Source: Azolla caroliniana (lineage: Eukaryota; Plantae; Polypodiophyta). From it: a stretch of 64,000 bases of DNA. The notes beneath the pieces were generated by a model. The model ran no database searches. It saw only the letters and a list, made by a program, of their open reading frames with translations, and was not told where the DNA came from. The stretch lies in the NCBI GenBank assembly GCA_043228905.1, contig JBHGNT010000009.1, forward strand, positions 9,362,001-9,426,000. The letters are read 5' to 3'. Of this stretch, positions 39,701 to 50,500 are shown one piece after another. The position numbers and the translations under genes were made by a program. The stretch's first letter is position 1; each line of letters begins with the position of its first letter.

Positions 39701-41128
39701 AGTCGTCCATCTTGCTCCACATTGCCAGGGTCATCTCAGCATTATCAGGACTTCAAGTGGCAAGATGGTTTACTCTTCTACAAGAATCTCCTTTACGTCC
39801 CCGACGGATCACCCCGACTTCAAGTGTTGAAACATTGTCATGATGCCCCCATGGCTGGACATTTTGGTATTTCCAAGACCATTGAGCTGGTGAAACGTTT
39901 GTTTTGGTGGCCTCACTTGCAAAAATTTGTCGAAGATTATGTTCGCACTTGTGACACCTGCTGTCGCGCCAAAATACCCCGGCATCACCCTTATGGCTTA
40001 CTACAACCATTACCCCCTCCCAACAAGCCATGGCAGTCTATTTCTATGGATTTCATTACGGATCTGCCACCTTCCAAAGGCTTTGATACTATTTTAACAG
40101 TAGTGGATCGGTTCACCAAGATGGCACATTTTGTCCCATGTGTAAAGACCATCAATAGTGAAGAAACTGCAGATCTCATTATGCGTGAAGTATTTCGCCA
40201 TCATGGTCTCCCGAATGATATTATTAGCGATCGAGGTCCTCAATTTATCTCACACTTTTGGAAGCACCTATGGGCAGGCCTCAAAATCTCTTGCAAACTC
40301 TCTTCGGCTTATCATCCACAAACTGACGGACAAACAGAGCCCACAAATCAAACGCTCGAGCAATATCTTCGATGTTTCATTAGTTATCAACAAGATGATT
40401 GGAGTAATATTTTACATCTTGCCGAGTTTGCATACAACAACACGGTCCACTCTTCTACCAAAGTTACACCTTTCTTTGCCTACACCGGCAACCACCCTCG
40501 ATGGTGTATATTGGATCTTCCCGAGGTGTCACGAAACCCTAGTGCGGCGCATCACCTCCACCGACTACAACAAATCCAGTTCGAGTTATCGTCACATCTT
40601 CAGAAAGCGCAAGCACACCATAAGACCAATGCCGATCGACATCGTCTTAAGTCTCCGTTTAAGGTTGGTGACCGTGTATGGTTGCTTCGTCGTCACATCA
40701 AGACTACCCGACCGTGTGCTAAGCTTGACTATCAATGCTTAGGTCCTTTTGTCATCACGACGCAGATTAATGATGCAACATTTCGTCTTAACCTTCCTGC
40801 ACATATGCGGCTTCACCCTGTCTTTCATAGCTCTCTTTTGGAACCTTGCCACACCTCTTTAATTCCTAATTGTGTCGTGCCACCACCGCCTTCTGTACAA
40901 CTTGTGGATGGCCCCGAATACGAGGTAGCTGCTATTCTCGATTCTAAGATTGTGCGCAATAAGCTTTATTATCTAGTTGATTGGCTTGGTTATCCTTCGA
41001 GTGATCGCACTTGGGAGCCCATTGATAACGTTTGCAATGCTGAAGCTCTGGTCAACGACTTCCATCGTCACTATCCAAACAAGCCCGGCCCAACAATGTT
41101 AACGCCGACTTCCACTCGGCGTTCTTGA
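36761..41128 (+). pseudogene. pol: Gypsy C pol (PR-RT-RH-IN-chromodomain), -1 frame relative to gag, two frameshifts and a solo-LTR insertion
   Basis: LLDTGA, YLDDLL, EADASD, SMDF/SDRG, GPF, chromodomain. Confidence 0.92.
38502..39229 (+). mobile_element. Solo-LTR-like insertion with 4-bp TSD in Gypsy C RNase H
   Basis: TGTCGT...ATGACA with flanks GTGT/GCGT. Removal restores HPIAFHSRK. Antisense A/B-box module at 38611-38664. Confidence 0.85.
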
Positions 41129-41139
41129 AGGAGAGATAG

Positions 41140-41573
41140 TGTCATGAACACATGACCATTATGGCGTCACCCGGACTTGAACCTCGAACCTTGTAATTCA
41201 TACTTGAAAACCTCAACCATTAAGATAGCTTATTGTTATATGAAACAATAAAAGCTACTTCTTGTATTACATTGATTATTGTAAAAACTCTAGATTATTC
41301 TAGAATGTTCTAGAATGTCCTAGAGCATTCTAGGTCTAGAACATTCTAGAAATCTCTAAGCTATTCTATAGGAACCTATAAATAAGGGCATACATGTATT
41401 CTCAAATCAATTCGAATCAACACCAATATTTAGCTCTCATTACATATCTTGTATCCATTCTCTTTCTTTCTCTATCTTATACATCCATTCTTCTCTTAGT
41501 ATTTCGTTCCTTTCTTCTCGTGTTCTCTAATATCCTTCTTCCATCACTCTATCTTTTATCCTTGGTTCTGACA
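41140..41573 (+). repeat. Gypsy C 3' LTR
   Basis: Direct repeat of 35114-35547. Confidence 0.95.
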
Positions 41574-43004
41574 ATATCGAGTTCATGTTTAAAAATCTTC
41601 TTGTTTTTCAAATAAAAGAGGCTTTTTAAACATGAACTCAAATTATACTGAAATCTTTGTTTTTACAAGAGAAAATGATGCATATTGATACTGCAAAGAT
41701 GTATGTTGCATAACAAGATACCTTATGGTGAACATGTGCATCATTGATTAACAAAAAACCATTAATAATTGTGTTGATGGTAATTGAACCTTGCAAATGT
41801 CATTTACATGGTCTATAAAATATTCTCGTGGTTCTCAATGAGCACTTCAAGCACTTAATGTTGATCTTTATAGTTTGGTTCATCTACAACAAAGGAACAT
41901 TTATGTGGAACAAATGATGACAACACGAGCATAACTCAGGTGAAAAGGAAACTTGCAAGAACTTGAGGTGGGGATTAATAACTACACATGTAGATGGCCA
42001 TGAGCTAGGGTACCAATTTTGCATTGGTAAATTTTTGGACGTGATGATGCATTAAACCTTTGTAATACATCTATCATTGACATTAGTTAGGTGGATATCA
42101 TTGTGTATGACTTTACACGGACAAAAGTTAGATGTTTAAGGACAACAACGATATACATAATAAAAGAGATATTACCAAGTCTAGAAGATATCTCAAATTG
42201 AAGGTGAAGAAGATTTATTGCACACAATTTGGAGACACCATTAGGTGAAGACAATGATTTGATTGGTACATTTGAAAATGAGGAGGAAGAGTCACAATTG
42301 TATATTATCTATAGTAGTGATTCTCATGAAAAGAATGATGATATATATGCAAATAACTCCCAAATGTATTTGTTGTGCAACTATGTGTAACAAATTTAGA
42401 CAACATTTTATCGAATGAAATAAAAACGTTCATTGTTTTGAAATCCTTTGCTTTTGATTTCTTTAAGATCTAAAAACTTATTAGTTGTCATTTTTCTTTA
42501 AAAATACACAAAGTTACTTTTTGTATTTGACCAAAATTTGGCATTTTTCAATATTACCAAATGGTGAAAATTTCAACTTTTTCATCAAGTTTTAGAGAAC
42601 TTGTGATACCGGTATCAAGGTGTTTTTTGGAATGGCAAAAAAATCCCCAAAATCAAACAGAATATTCCTTATCCTTCCACTTGTGCGCGATCCTTCCACT
42701 TGTGAACGCGAACGTGTTCTCAGATGATTTACAGTGCACATGCGGGCTCGATCGACAAATTAGGCACACACAAGTGCAAACTGCATTTGTTAGGGAGGCA
42801 CTATGGTGACGTAGTAGATTAATAGAGTCCTTGAGAAAATCCATTTCTACATGGTAAATGCAACAACATGTGTATCGATCCTTCAAGCGTCTCACAAAGT
42901 GTGGGTTAACAGACTCCAATTTTCGTAGTTGAACTTTGATATTTGGATGCATTCGCCAGAACCTAATAAATAAATTGACCTGCGTACTAAAATGGACATA
43001 CTTA

Positions 43005-43995
43005 TTAGCTCTATGGCTAAGTGGTAGCTAATTAGCTACTACCATAGTTTAGTACACTAGCTAATTAGCTACTACCATAGTTTAGTACATTAGCTAATTA
43101 GCTAAGTGGTAGCTAATTAGCTACTACCATACTTTAGCTGAGTAGCTGAGTAGCTAATTAGCTACTACCATAGTTTAGTACAATAGCTAAATAGTTAAGT
43201 GGTAGCTAATTATCTACTACCATACTTTAATTATAGTGGCTAATTAGCTACTAACATACTTTAGTTGAGTCGCTAATTAGCTAACTGGTAGCTAATTAGC
43301 TACTACCATACTTCAGTTGAGTAGCTAATTAGCTAAGTGGTAGCTAATTAGCTACTACCATACTTAGCTGAGTAGCTAATTAGCTAAGTGTTAGCTAATT
43401 AGCTACTACCATACTTTAGTTATAGTGGCTAATTAGCTACTACCATACTTTAGTTGAGTCGCTAATTAGCTAAGTGGTAGCTAATTAGCTACAACCATAC
43501 TTCAACTGAGTAGCTAATTAGCTAAGTGGTAGCTAATTAGCTACTACCATACTTCAGCTGAGTAACTAATTAGCTAAGTGGTAGCCAATTAGCTACTACC
43601 ATAGTTTAATACAGTAGCTAATTAGCTAAATGGTAGCTAATTAGCTACTACCATAGTTTAATACAGTAGCTAATTAGCTACTACCATAGTTTAGTACAAT
43701 AACTATTCTAGTAAGGGATTTATCAATTCTGGTAGCTAATTGGCTATAGTCATAAGCAACTAATTAGCTACTGTGGTAGCGAATTAGATATTGTTATATG
43801 CAGCTAATTAGCTATTGTGGTAGCTAAATAGCTATGAATGGTAGCTAATAGTTATTCTGGTAGCTAAATAGCTATGTTCGATATTCTTAGGGAGCTAATT
43901 AGCTATTATTGGTAGCTAATTAGCTATGGTCATATTCTGAGGTAGGTAATTAGCTATTCGGGTATGGTCATATTCAGAGGTAGCTAATAAGCTAA
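43005..43995. repeat. Second TAGCTAATTAGCTA array (fills the transposase intron)
   Basis: Same unit and same orientation as 28310-29545; lies within intron 42980-44043. Confidence 0.95.
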
Positions 43996-44620
43996 CTAAC
44001 TAAGCTCAAAAGTCAAAACAAATGTTGAGATAAATGTTAATACCTGAGGTACATCAAGAAGATGAATGGGATGCTCCTCGTATTGACTCCTTCCAACACG
44101 TTTCTTGCATAAATCCTTCTTATTGGATGAAACCCTACTCTCATTAGTCCAAAATTTTGTGATTATATCCTTGATTTCTGATGTTATGGGTGTCATTGGC
44201 TCACATCTTGTTGTTAGCTTTAGTAGTCTAGTTCCTTCACTCGAGGAAACTATCCGGTTCAATGTATTGTACACACTTTTTCTACTAACACCAATTACCT
44301 TAGATAGCACATCAATGTTAATATCGTCAACATCACTATTAAGGGACATCATTAGACTAGACCTTTTTAAGACAAGATCATGTTCTGACCTGCTCATGGA
44401 TACGAAACTATTACGGAGATTATTTACTAGTACAGATGTTATTTTGCATTAAGACCATCACAATCAACTAACTCCTTTATCGATGGATCATTTAATATTC
44501 CATAAAGAACTACCTTCTTGTCTTCATTGCTGATGTGCTTGGTTTGAACATTGAAATAGTCTACAACCTTTCTCTCTATGATAGTAGTCTCATTACTTCC
44601 ATTCTCAATCATATTTAGAC

Positions 44621-45033
44621 TGTTGAGAGACAAGCTCAACATTTGTGTGTAATACGATGCGTAACTAGTGCGTAGAATGGGTGCGTAAAATCGGTACGCA
44701 TAACATGGTCGTAGCGGTGCGTAAACCGCGAGGCCGTTTGAAAGATATTCCTCGTAAGGAATAGTTTTGGGAGTGAGTGTCGAGGCTCATTTATGAGCAG
44801 TAAAGTACTGTCAGTACTTGTGTCAGCCCGATTGTCAAGGCTTGTATAAAAGGTGCTCACTGAGCACGATGTATGTACAGATTGAGTATTATTTTTTGAA
44901 TTAAGTTCTTGTGTTTACTCTCTCTCTGTCTCTCTGTCTCTCTTGTGCGTACTGTGCAAACCTAAGCTTTCCATTAAACTTGCGTTTTCTGTTGTTCGGT
45001 TTCCTACATTGCTTCCGCACGCCATTCTTTTCA
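44621..45033 (+). mobile_element. Solo LTR related to the Copia B/E family
   Basis: Starts TGTTGAGAGACAAGCTCAAC like the Copia B LTR, ends TTTTCA; TSD TAGAC. Confidence 0.9.
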
Positions 45034-45204
45034 TAGACCTATATCCCAACCAATACTATCTTTAAACCCTAATTTTCCCGAAAAAAAGACACATTAAAGA
45101 TGGCTATGGGCAACAACAATACACAAAAATATTCTGCAATACACAAGATTATACACAACAATACACAAGATAATCAATAGACAGAATAGTTATTCAAATC
45201 CAAG

Positions 45205-45900
45205 ACCGAACAATGGCGGTAATCTAGGGCCGAATAGTGGCAGCAATTGAGTGCAGAATGGCGGTAGTGGAGGAGTGAACTCCGTTTGATCGAACAGTTT
45301 TGACAATCCAGGACTGAACAATGGCGGCAACTGAGTGTAGAATGATGGCAATGGAGGAGTGAATTCCGTCGGATCGAACAATGGAAGATGATGCTTGGAA
45401 CGCAGAGTGACGACAACTGAGAGTAGAATGGAAGCAGTGGAGAAGGAGTGAACTCCCTTAGATCGAAAAGTGGCAGCAATACATGACTGAACAGTAGCGG
45501 CAACTAAGTGTAGAATGATGGCAATGGATGAGTGAACTCCATCAAATCGAAAAGTGGCAGCAATCTAGGACCGGTCACCGAATAGTAGCAGCAACTGAGT
45601 GTAGAATGATGGCAATGGAGGAGTGAACTCCGTTAGATCGAACAATGGCAGATGATTCTTGGAACGCACAATGATGGCAGCTGAGAGTAGAATGGTGGCA
45701 GTGGAGAAGGAGTTAACTCTGTCCTATCGAAAAGTGGCAGCAATATACGACCTTCACAATAGCGGCAATTGAGTGTACAATGGCAGCAATGGAGGAGTGA
45801 ACTTGTCAGATGATGCTTGGATTGAACAGTGGTAGATGATACTTGGACCACAAAGTGCCGATAATTGAGTGTAGAATGGCGGCAATGGAGGAGTGGACTC
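45205..45900. repeat. Degenerate tandem repeat upstream of the transposase
   Basis: About 8 recurrences of GAGTGTAGAATG..GGCAATGGAGGAGTGAACTCC.....GATCGAA at about 75-90-bp spacing. Confidence 0.8.
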
Positions 45901-46225
45901 AATAGGGTTTAGCCACAGTGGTATTAATCTAAGCCAGAATACTCAACCAAAGATGGCCCACGTGATGTGGCAAATGATCATGTATAATGGACCTAGGAAT
46001 TCAATATATAATTTATGGTGCACATTTATGGTGCAGATATCAATTTAAGTTGCACGTTTATGTTGCACATTTATGGTGCTCATTTATATAATTAAAACTC
46101 TCTACTATTTTCAATGGTAGCTTTTTGCATAGGTAGTTTATCAATGGTAGCTCTTTGCAAAAATGACTATTTATCAATGGTAGCTTTTTGCATAGCTAAT
46201 TAGCTATGTCAAGGACATAGCTAAT

Positions 46226-46250
46226 TGTTTCCACTTGCATGCTTTCACCC
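46226..46250 (-). repeat. Right TIR, with subterminal TAGCTAATTAGCTA and three TCAATGGTAGCT motifs
   Basis: Inverted match to 25599-25623, followed by AGGT. Confidence 0.9.
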
Positions 46251-46834
46251 AGGTACAATTGAAGGCGCTAGAGGTGTATTCACCGTCGTTGTCCGACCTT
46301 AGTGTCTTGTCTTTGTGGCCAAATCTGTTTTCAACTTCGACTAGCCACCGAGTGAAAATTTTGAGAGATTCGTCTTTGTACTAGATTGAATAAGCCCAAA
46401 CTTTCCGGGTGTAGTCATTAATAAATGTGATGAAGTACCGGGAGCCTCCTAATGATCTTTCGGGCACCAACTCCCAAATTTTTAATTGGACCAATTCTAG
46501 GGGTTGGCATACCGTCTCATAATGGAGAGAGTGCGGACTTCGGGTCTGTTTCTCGTAATGACAATGCTCACATAAGTCTGTCTTTGCTTGGAGCTTTGGA
46601 ATGTAGCCGATTGCTATTAGCTAGTCCAATTCGTCTTGTGACATATGGTCGAGTTGGCCATGCCATAATGTTGCATTTGGTAATTCGGTTACGTTGATTG
46701 TGCCCTCCAGACTTAATACATTTAGTGGGTACAAGTTATTGTACTTGCTGCCATGGCCGATTCATAGGTTTTCTTTGGTGATTATCCATGAAAACTCGCT
46801 AAGTGTTGTCCTTGTTGGAGTCTAAGACCGACAG

Positions 46835-47127
46835 TGCGGAAACAAGAACAACATCTTTGCTTAGAAGATCACCAAGTTAGCATGGTAGAGCAAGATCAAG
46901 GAGACAGAGTGAGAGTAAGAGAGAAAACAGAAAGGCACAAACTACTTAATTGTTCAAACTCTGAGTTACAACAAATGGAGGCAAGAACCTTATGAGCTAG
47001 GTTACAAAGTCAGTTATAAACTAACTAAGCTAGGGCAATTGCCCTTTGACATATTTACAGAATTGTCGTAAACCTAGTTTATCCAAAGGACAGTGTGAAT
47101 ACGACCATTAGAAACCCATATTCGACA
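46835..47127 (-). repeat. LTR fragment (3' LTR with PPT stub) of another element
   Basis: Minus strand GGGGAG then TGTCGAA...GTTTCCGCA. It interrupts the Copia X protease; no TSD found. Confidence 0.5.
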
Positions 47128-47560
47128 CTCCCCTGTAATGGGTGTATATTGTAATAAACAAGATCATTAATCCTAAAATAAAGACATAAGTGACACAATC
47201 ATACTGAAAACATGCGTTACCACCCATCCGGCCCCACGCCAAAGTCGATAGCATAGATGAGGAATCCCAATCTGTCCCATACCAGCCAGGATCTCCACAT
47301 GAGGACCTTGGTAGATGACTAGTCCACATCAAAGAGAGCTTCGTTAGAACCAATCATGGGGCTCCCCCTTACTAAGGAGAGTATCCCCTATTTATAGGAC
47401 CTAGGCCATGTAATGACATCTACCTGACCAATCATGTGTGGGGTACCCAATGACACACATTAGGTCAGTCCAATAAAGCCGATGACTCAGATATTACAAT
47501 ATGATAGCTCCCAAATAAGCATGTCTAAACCAATGAACATAACATACTCCCCCCCTCCAT

Positions 47561-50500
47561 TTAATTGCACTCTTGCAATGGGAAGTTAGGAAAATGTTTG
47601 CGTAATGTCTCTTCAGTTTCCCACGTGTTGTCTTCTTCCAATCTATCCTTCCACTTAACCTTATAGTGATGAACAACCTTTGACCTTAGGTTTCTCGACC
47701 TATGGTTGAGGATTTTCTCAGGTTCATGTGGAGAAAAATGATCATCCTCCAATGTCGATAAATTAGACGGTGACACAACATTATCATCATAACCAATCAC
47801 CTCCTTTAATCAACTCACGTGGAATACGAGATGAACCATAAGATTGGAAGGCAAATCAAATGATAAACATTGGGACCTATAAATTTTAAAACTTTATATG
47901 GTCCATAATACCGTGGGGCTAATTTTGCACACGGTCCTGTTCTCAATGTTTCTGAGTCCTTCGGAAGCCGTAGAAAAACTTGTTGTTCTATGTGGAATTC
48001 CCTTGGTTTTCTATCATGATTCACATAAAAGACATTTCTGTCCCATGCCATCCTAAGGTTTTCTTCTGCTAACTTATGTGATTCAAGCATATCAGAGAAT
48101 TTGAACCAAAGAAACATCAATAGGAGGAGGTGGCGTATAACCATACATCAACATGAAAGGACTGTATTTTGTTGATGTATGCTTAACGCTGTTGTAGGCA
48201 AATTCCACCATAGGAGGGTAAGTATCCCATAATGAGGGTTTTTGCGCTATATATGCTCTCAACACATTCTCTAATATTTGATTCACTCTCTCAGTATGCC
48301 CATCTGACTGAGGATGATCAGAAGAATTGAGACTTAAGGTTGTTTGCAGTTTCTGCATAACTTCTAACCAAAATGTACTTGTAAACTTGGAGTCTCGATC
48401 ACTTACAATCTCCATTGGTAGACCATATAAGCTATAAAGATGTTTAATAGACTTAATAGCCAATTGTTTTGCGGTAATTGTGGATTTTGTTGGAATGAAT
48501 CTTGCCATCTTGGTAAGTCGATCAACAACCACCCAAATGGCATTATTTCCCTCAACGGAACGAGGTAATCCAACTATGAAATCCATGGATATACTTTGCC
48601 ACTTTTTAGCTGGAATATCGAGAGGTTGCAATAAGCCAACAGTTTGCTCAACCTTAATGACCTGACATTGTGGAAAAAGAATAACATAAGACTCTATCTC
48701 AGGTTTCATTTTTGGCCAGAAAAACCTAGCTTTAATCAAAGCTAATGTTCTTTGCACAGTTGGATGTCCAACAAAAGGGGCATCATGACATTCATACAAA
48801 ATTTTATTCTTGATGTCCTTTATGTGTGTTATGCAAACCTTACTATTGCGGTGCAATAACCCATTCACAACATCGTAAAGGCTCTTTGGGGTAGATGTGG
48901 TTCCATAATCGACGTCAATACCTATTTCAGCTCTCTTCCAGAACTTGGAAAATGTTCTGTCATCAAGGTTTTTTTGTTTACCCTGGATCAAATCAAATAA
49001 TTCATTGCTAAATTCCACGAAACTTAGGGCATTAATTTCTAGAGTACGACTCAGGGCATCTGCAATGGAATTCAAAACCCCTTTTCGATATCTAATTCTG
49101 AAATCGAAGTCTTGCATCAACTCTGCCCATCTTGCCTTTTGACCCTCAAAATTCTTTTGAGATAGGAAGTATTGCAAGGATTTGAGGTCCGTTAAAACAG
49201 TGAATTTACTACCATACAAATAATGTCGCCATTTCTTTAAGGCATAAATGATAGCAAATAATTCTTTTTCTTGAACCGAGTAATTTCTTTGGTCCGAATC
49301 CAAGTTTTTGCTTTCAAAAGCAATTGGTCTCCCAATTTGAAATAATGCAACCCCAATAGCATAATCAATTGCATCTGTCTCAACTTCAAATGTTTGATTA
49401 GGATTAGGTATAACTAAAGTAGGTGCATTCACAATTAATGACTTCAACTTATTGAAGGTTTCTTCAAGAGAGGCATTCCACTCAATAGGTTTAGAGGACT
49501 TTCTTGTAATACCCTTCAGTAGGTCCGTAAATGGTGCAATGTAAGATGAATAGTTTTGAAGAGATCTTCTTAGGAATCCAACAAATCCTAAGAAAGATCG
49601 TAGATCCTTAACATTTGAAGGTCGTGGCCAATTTAATACTGCTTCTATCTTAGATTTATCGATAGAAACACCCGACCTAGATCTGTGGTGTCCAAGATAC
49701 GTAACGTCCTTTTGAAAGAAATCACATTTAGATAGTTTGGCAAATAGCTTGTATTCACGAAGCTTATCCAAAACTATTTGGACATGACACACATGATCCT
49801 CAAATGTGTTACTATATACCATGATGTCATCAAGGAATATGACCACGAAATCGCCTGACTGATCTTTGAATATATCATTCATCAATTTTTGGAATGTGGC
49901 TGGAGCGTCCGTCAATCCAAATGGTAGAACCCAAAACTCATAATGACCATAGCGAGTTCGGAAAGCTGTTTTGGAAACATCTTCTTCCGAAACCCCGATC
50001 TAATGATAGCCAATGCACAAGTCTATCTTAGTAAAATATCTTGCACTTTGGAGTCTATCTATCAAGTCATCAAAACGAGGCAAATGGTAGGAATTGCGAA
50101 CGACGAGTTTATTCAAACCCTTGTAATTTACACACATTCGCCAAGTTCCATCCTTCTTCTCGGTGAAGATGACGGGAGCTCCCCATGGCGATTTGTTGTA
50201 CCGGATGTGTCTCAAGCTCAAGTATTCCTTGATTTCTCAAGCAATTTTATCCTCTTCAGTTCTACTCAACCGATAAGGGGGTATGGTCACAAGTTTAGCG
50301 CCTGGAACCAAGTTTATCTTATGATCTATAGATCGAGAAGGAGGTCATCCTTGAGGTAACTTATCCGGAAATAAGTCCTTAAAATGCGACAAGATGTCAC
50401 GTAGAGCATCATTCTCAAAAGCATCCAATGAACTCTTATCTACAAATTGATACAGAGGATCATTGGGCTGCAATATACACTCATAAAATTGTGCATCGAC

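Larger units (their letters stand above)
35114..41573 (+). mobile_element. Tcn1/Tf1-sushi-like Ty3/Gypsy chromovirus (Gypsy C)
   Basis: 434-bp LTRs (35114-35547, 41140-41573) with no visible difference, TSD ATATC, PPT at 41127-41136, and chromodomain EYEVAAILDS...YLVDWLGY...TWEP. Confidence 0.96.
34177..41621. repeat. About 1-kb fold-back inverted repeat (34177-35113 plus 41579-41621), split by Gypsy C
   Basis: Arms of about 450 bp begin CCTCTTTTATTTGAAAAACAAGAAG and end CTTCTTGTTTTTCAAATAAAAGAGG. Built of CATGAACTCGATACA-T-TGTATCGAGTTCATG palindrome variants. Confidence 0.85.
33816..42718. mobile_element. Unclassified non-autonomous TIR element (about 2.4 kb net) inserted in the transposase
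   Basis: TIR AACACGTTC(C/G)CGTTCACAAGTGGAAGGATC at both ends and 3-bp TSD CTC. Removal gives in-frame CKSSEHVISS. Confidence 0.85.
31818..44612 (-). pseudogene. Sola2-like DDD transposase, spliced, disrupted by frameshifts and insertions
   Basis: Exon ...HPIHLLDVPQ, intron 44043-42980 (GT-AG, phase 0), then VNLFIRFWRMHPNIKV...TCCCIYHVEM...CKSSE/HVISS...CVMGLCQDCG...VVDFAENY...EIQSMH...ISDDKKHD...WSDGATSQIK...NFFGSSHGKGEHDGAGAVIK...RELTCFCFHC...YSHLV...MPWNL*. Confidence 0.8.
25599..46250. mobile_element. Large TIR DNA transposon, Sola2-like, about 10.4 kb net, with a cargo gene
   Basis: 25-bp TIRs GGGTAAAAGCATACGAGTGGAAACA and (reverse complement) GGGTGAAAGCATGCAAGTGGAAACA match at 22/25. 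The 4-bp TSD is AGGT (25595-25598/46251-46254). Removal rejoins host integrase GEYTSSAFN..YLSKKGIQHQK. Encodes a DFAENY/SDG/HGKGxxDG transposase. Confidence 0.85.
6193..46834 (-). mobile_element. Old fragmented Tnt1/Tork-like Ty1/Copia element (Copia X), host of both nests
   Basis: Pieces: RNase H (6839-7129), RT start (7353-7598), integrase C-terminal half (25136-25594), and integrase core/GAG-pre-integrase/protease end (46255-46834). They join colinearly once Copia A (TSD ATTTT) and the TIR transposon (TSD AGGT) are removed. The 5' part is missing. Confidence 0.8.
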
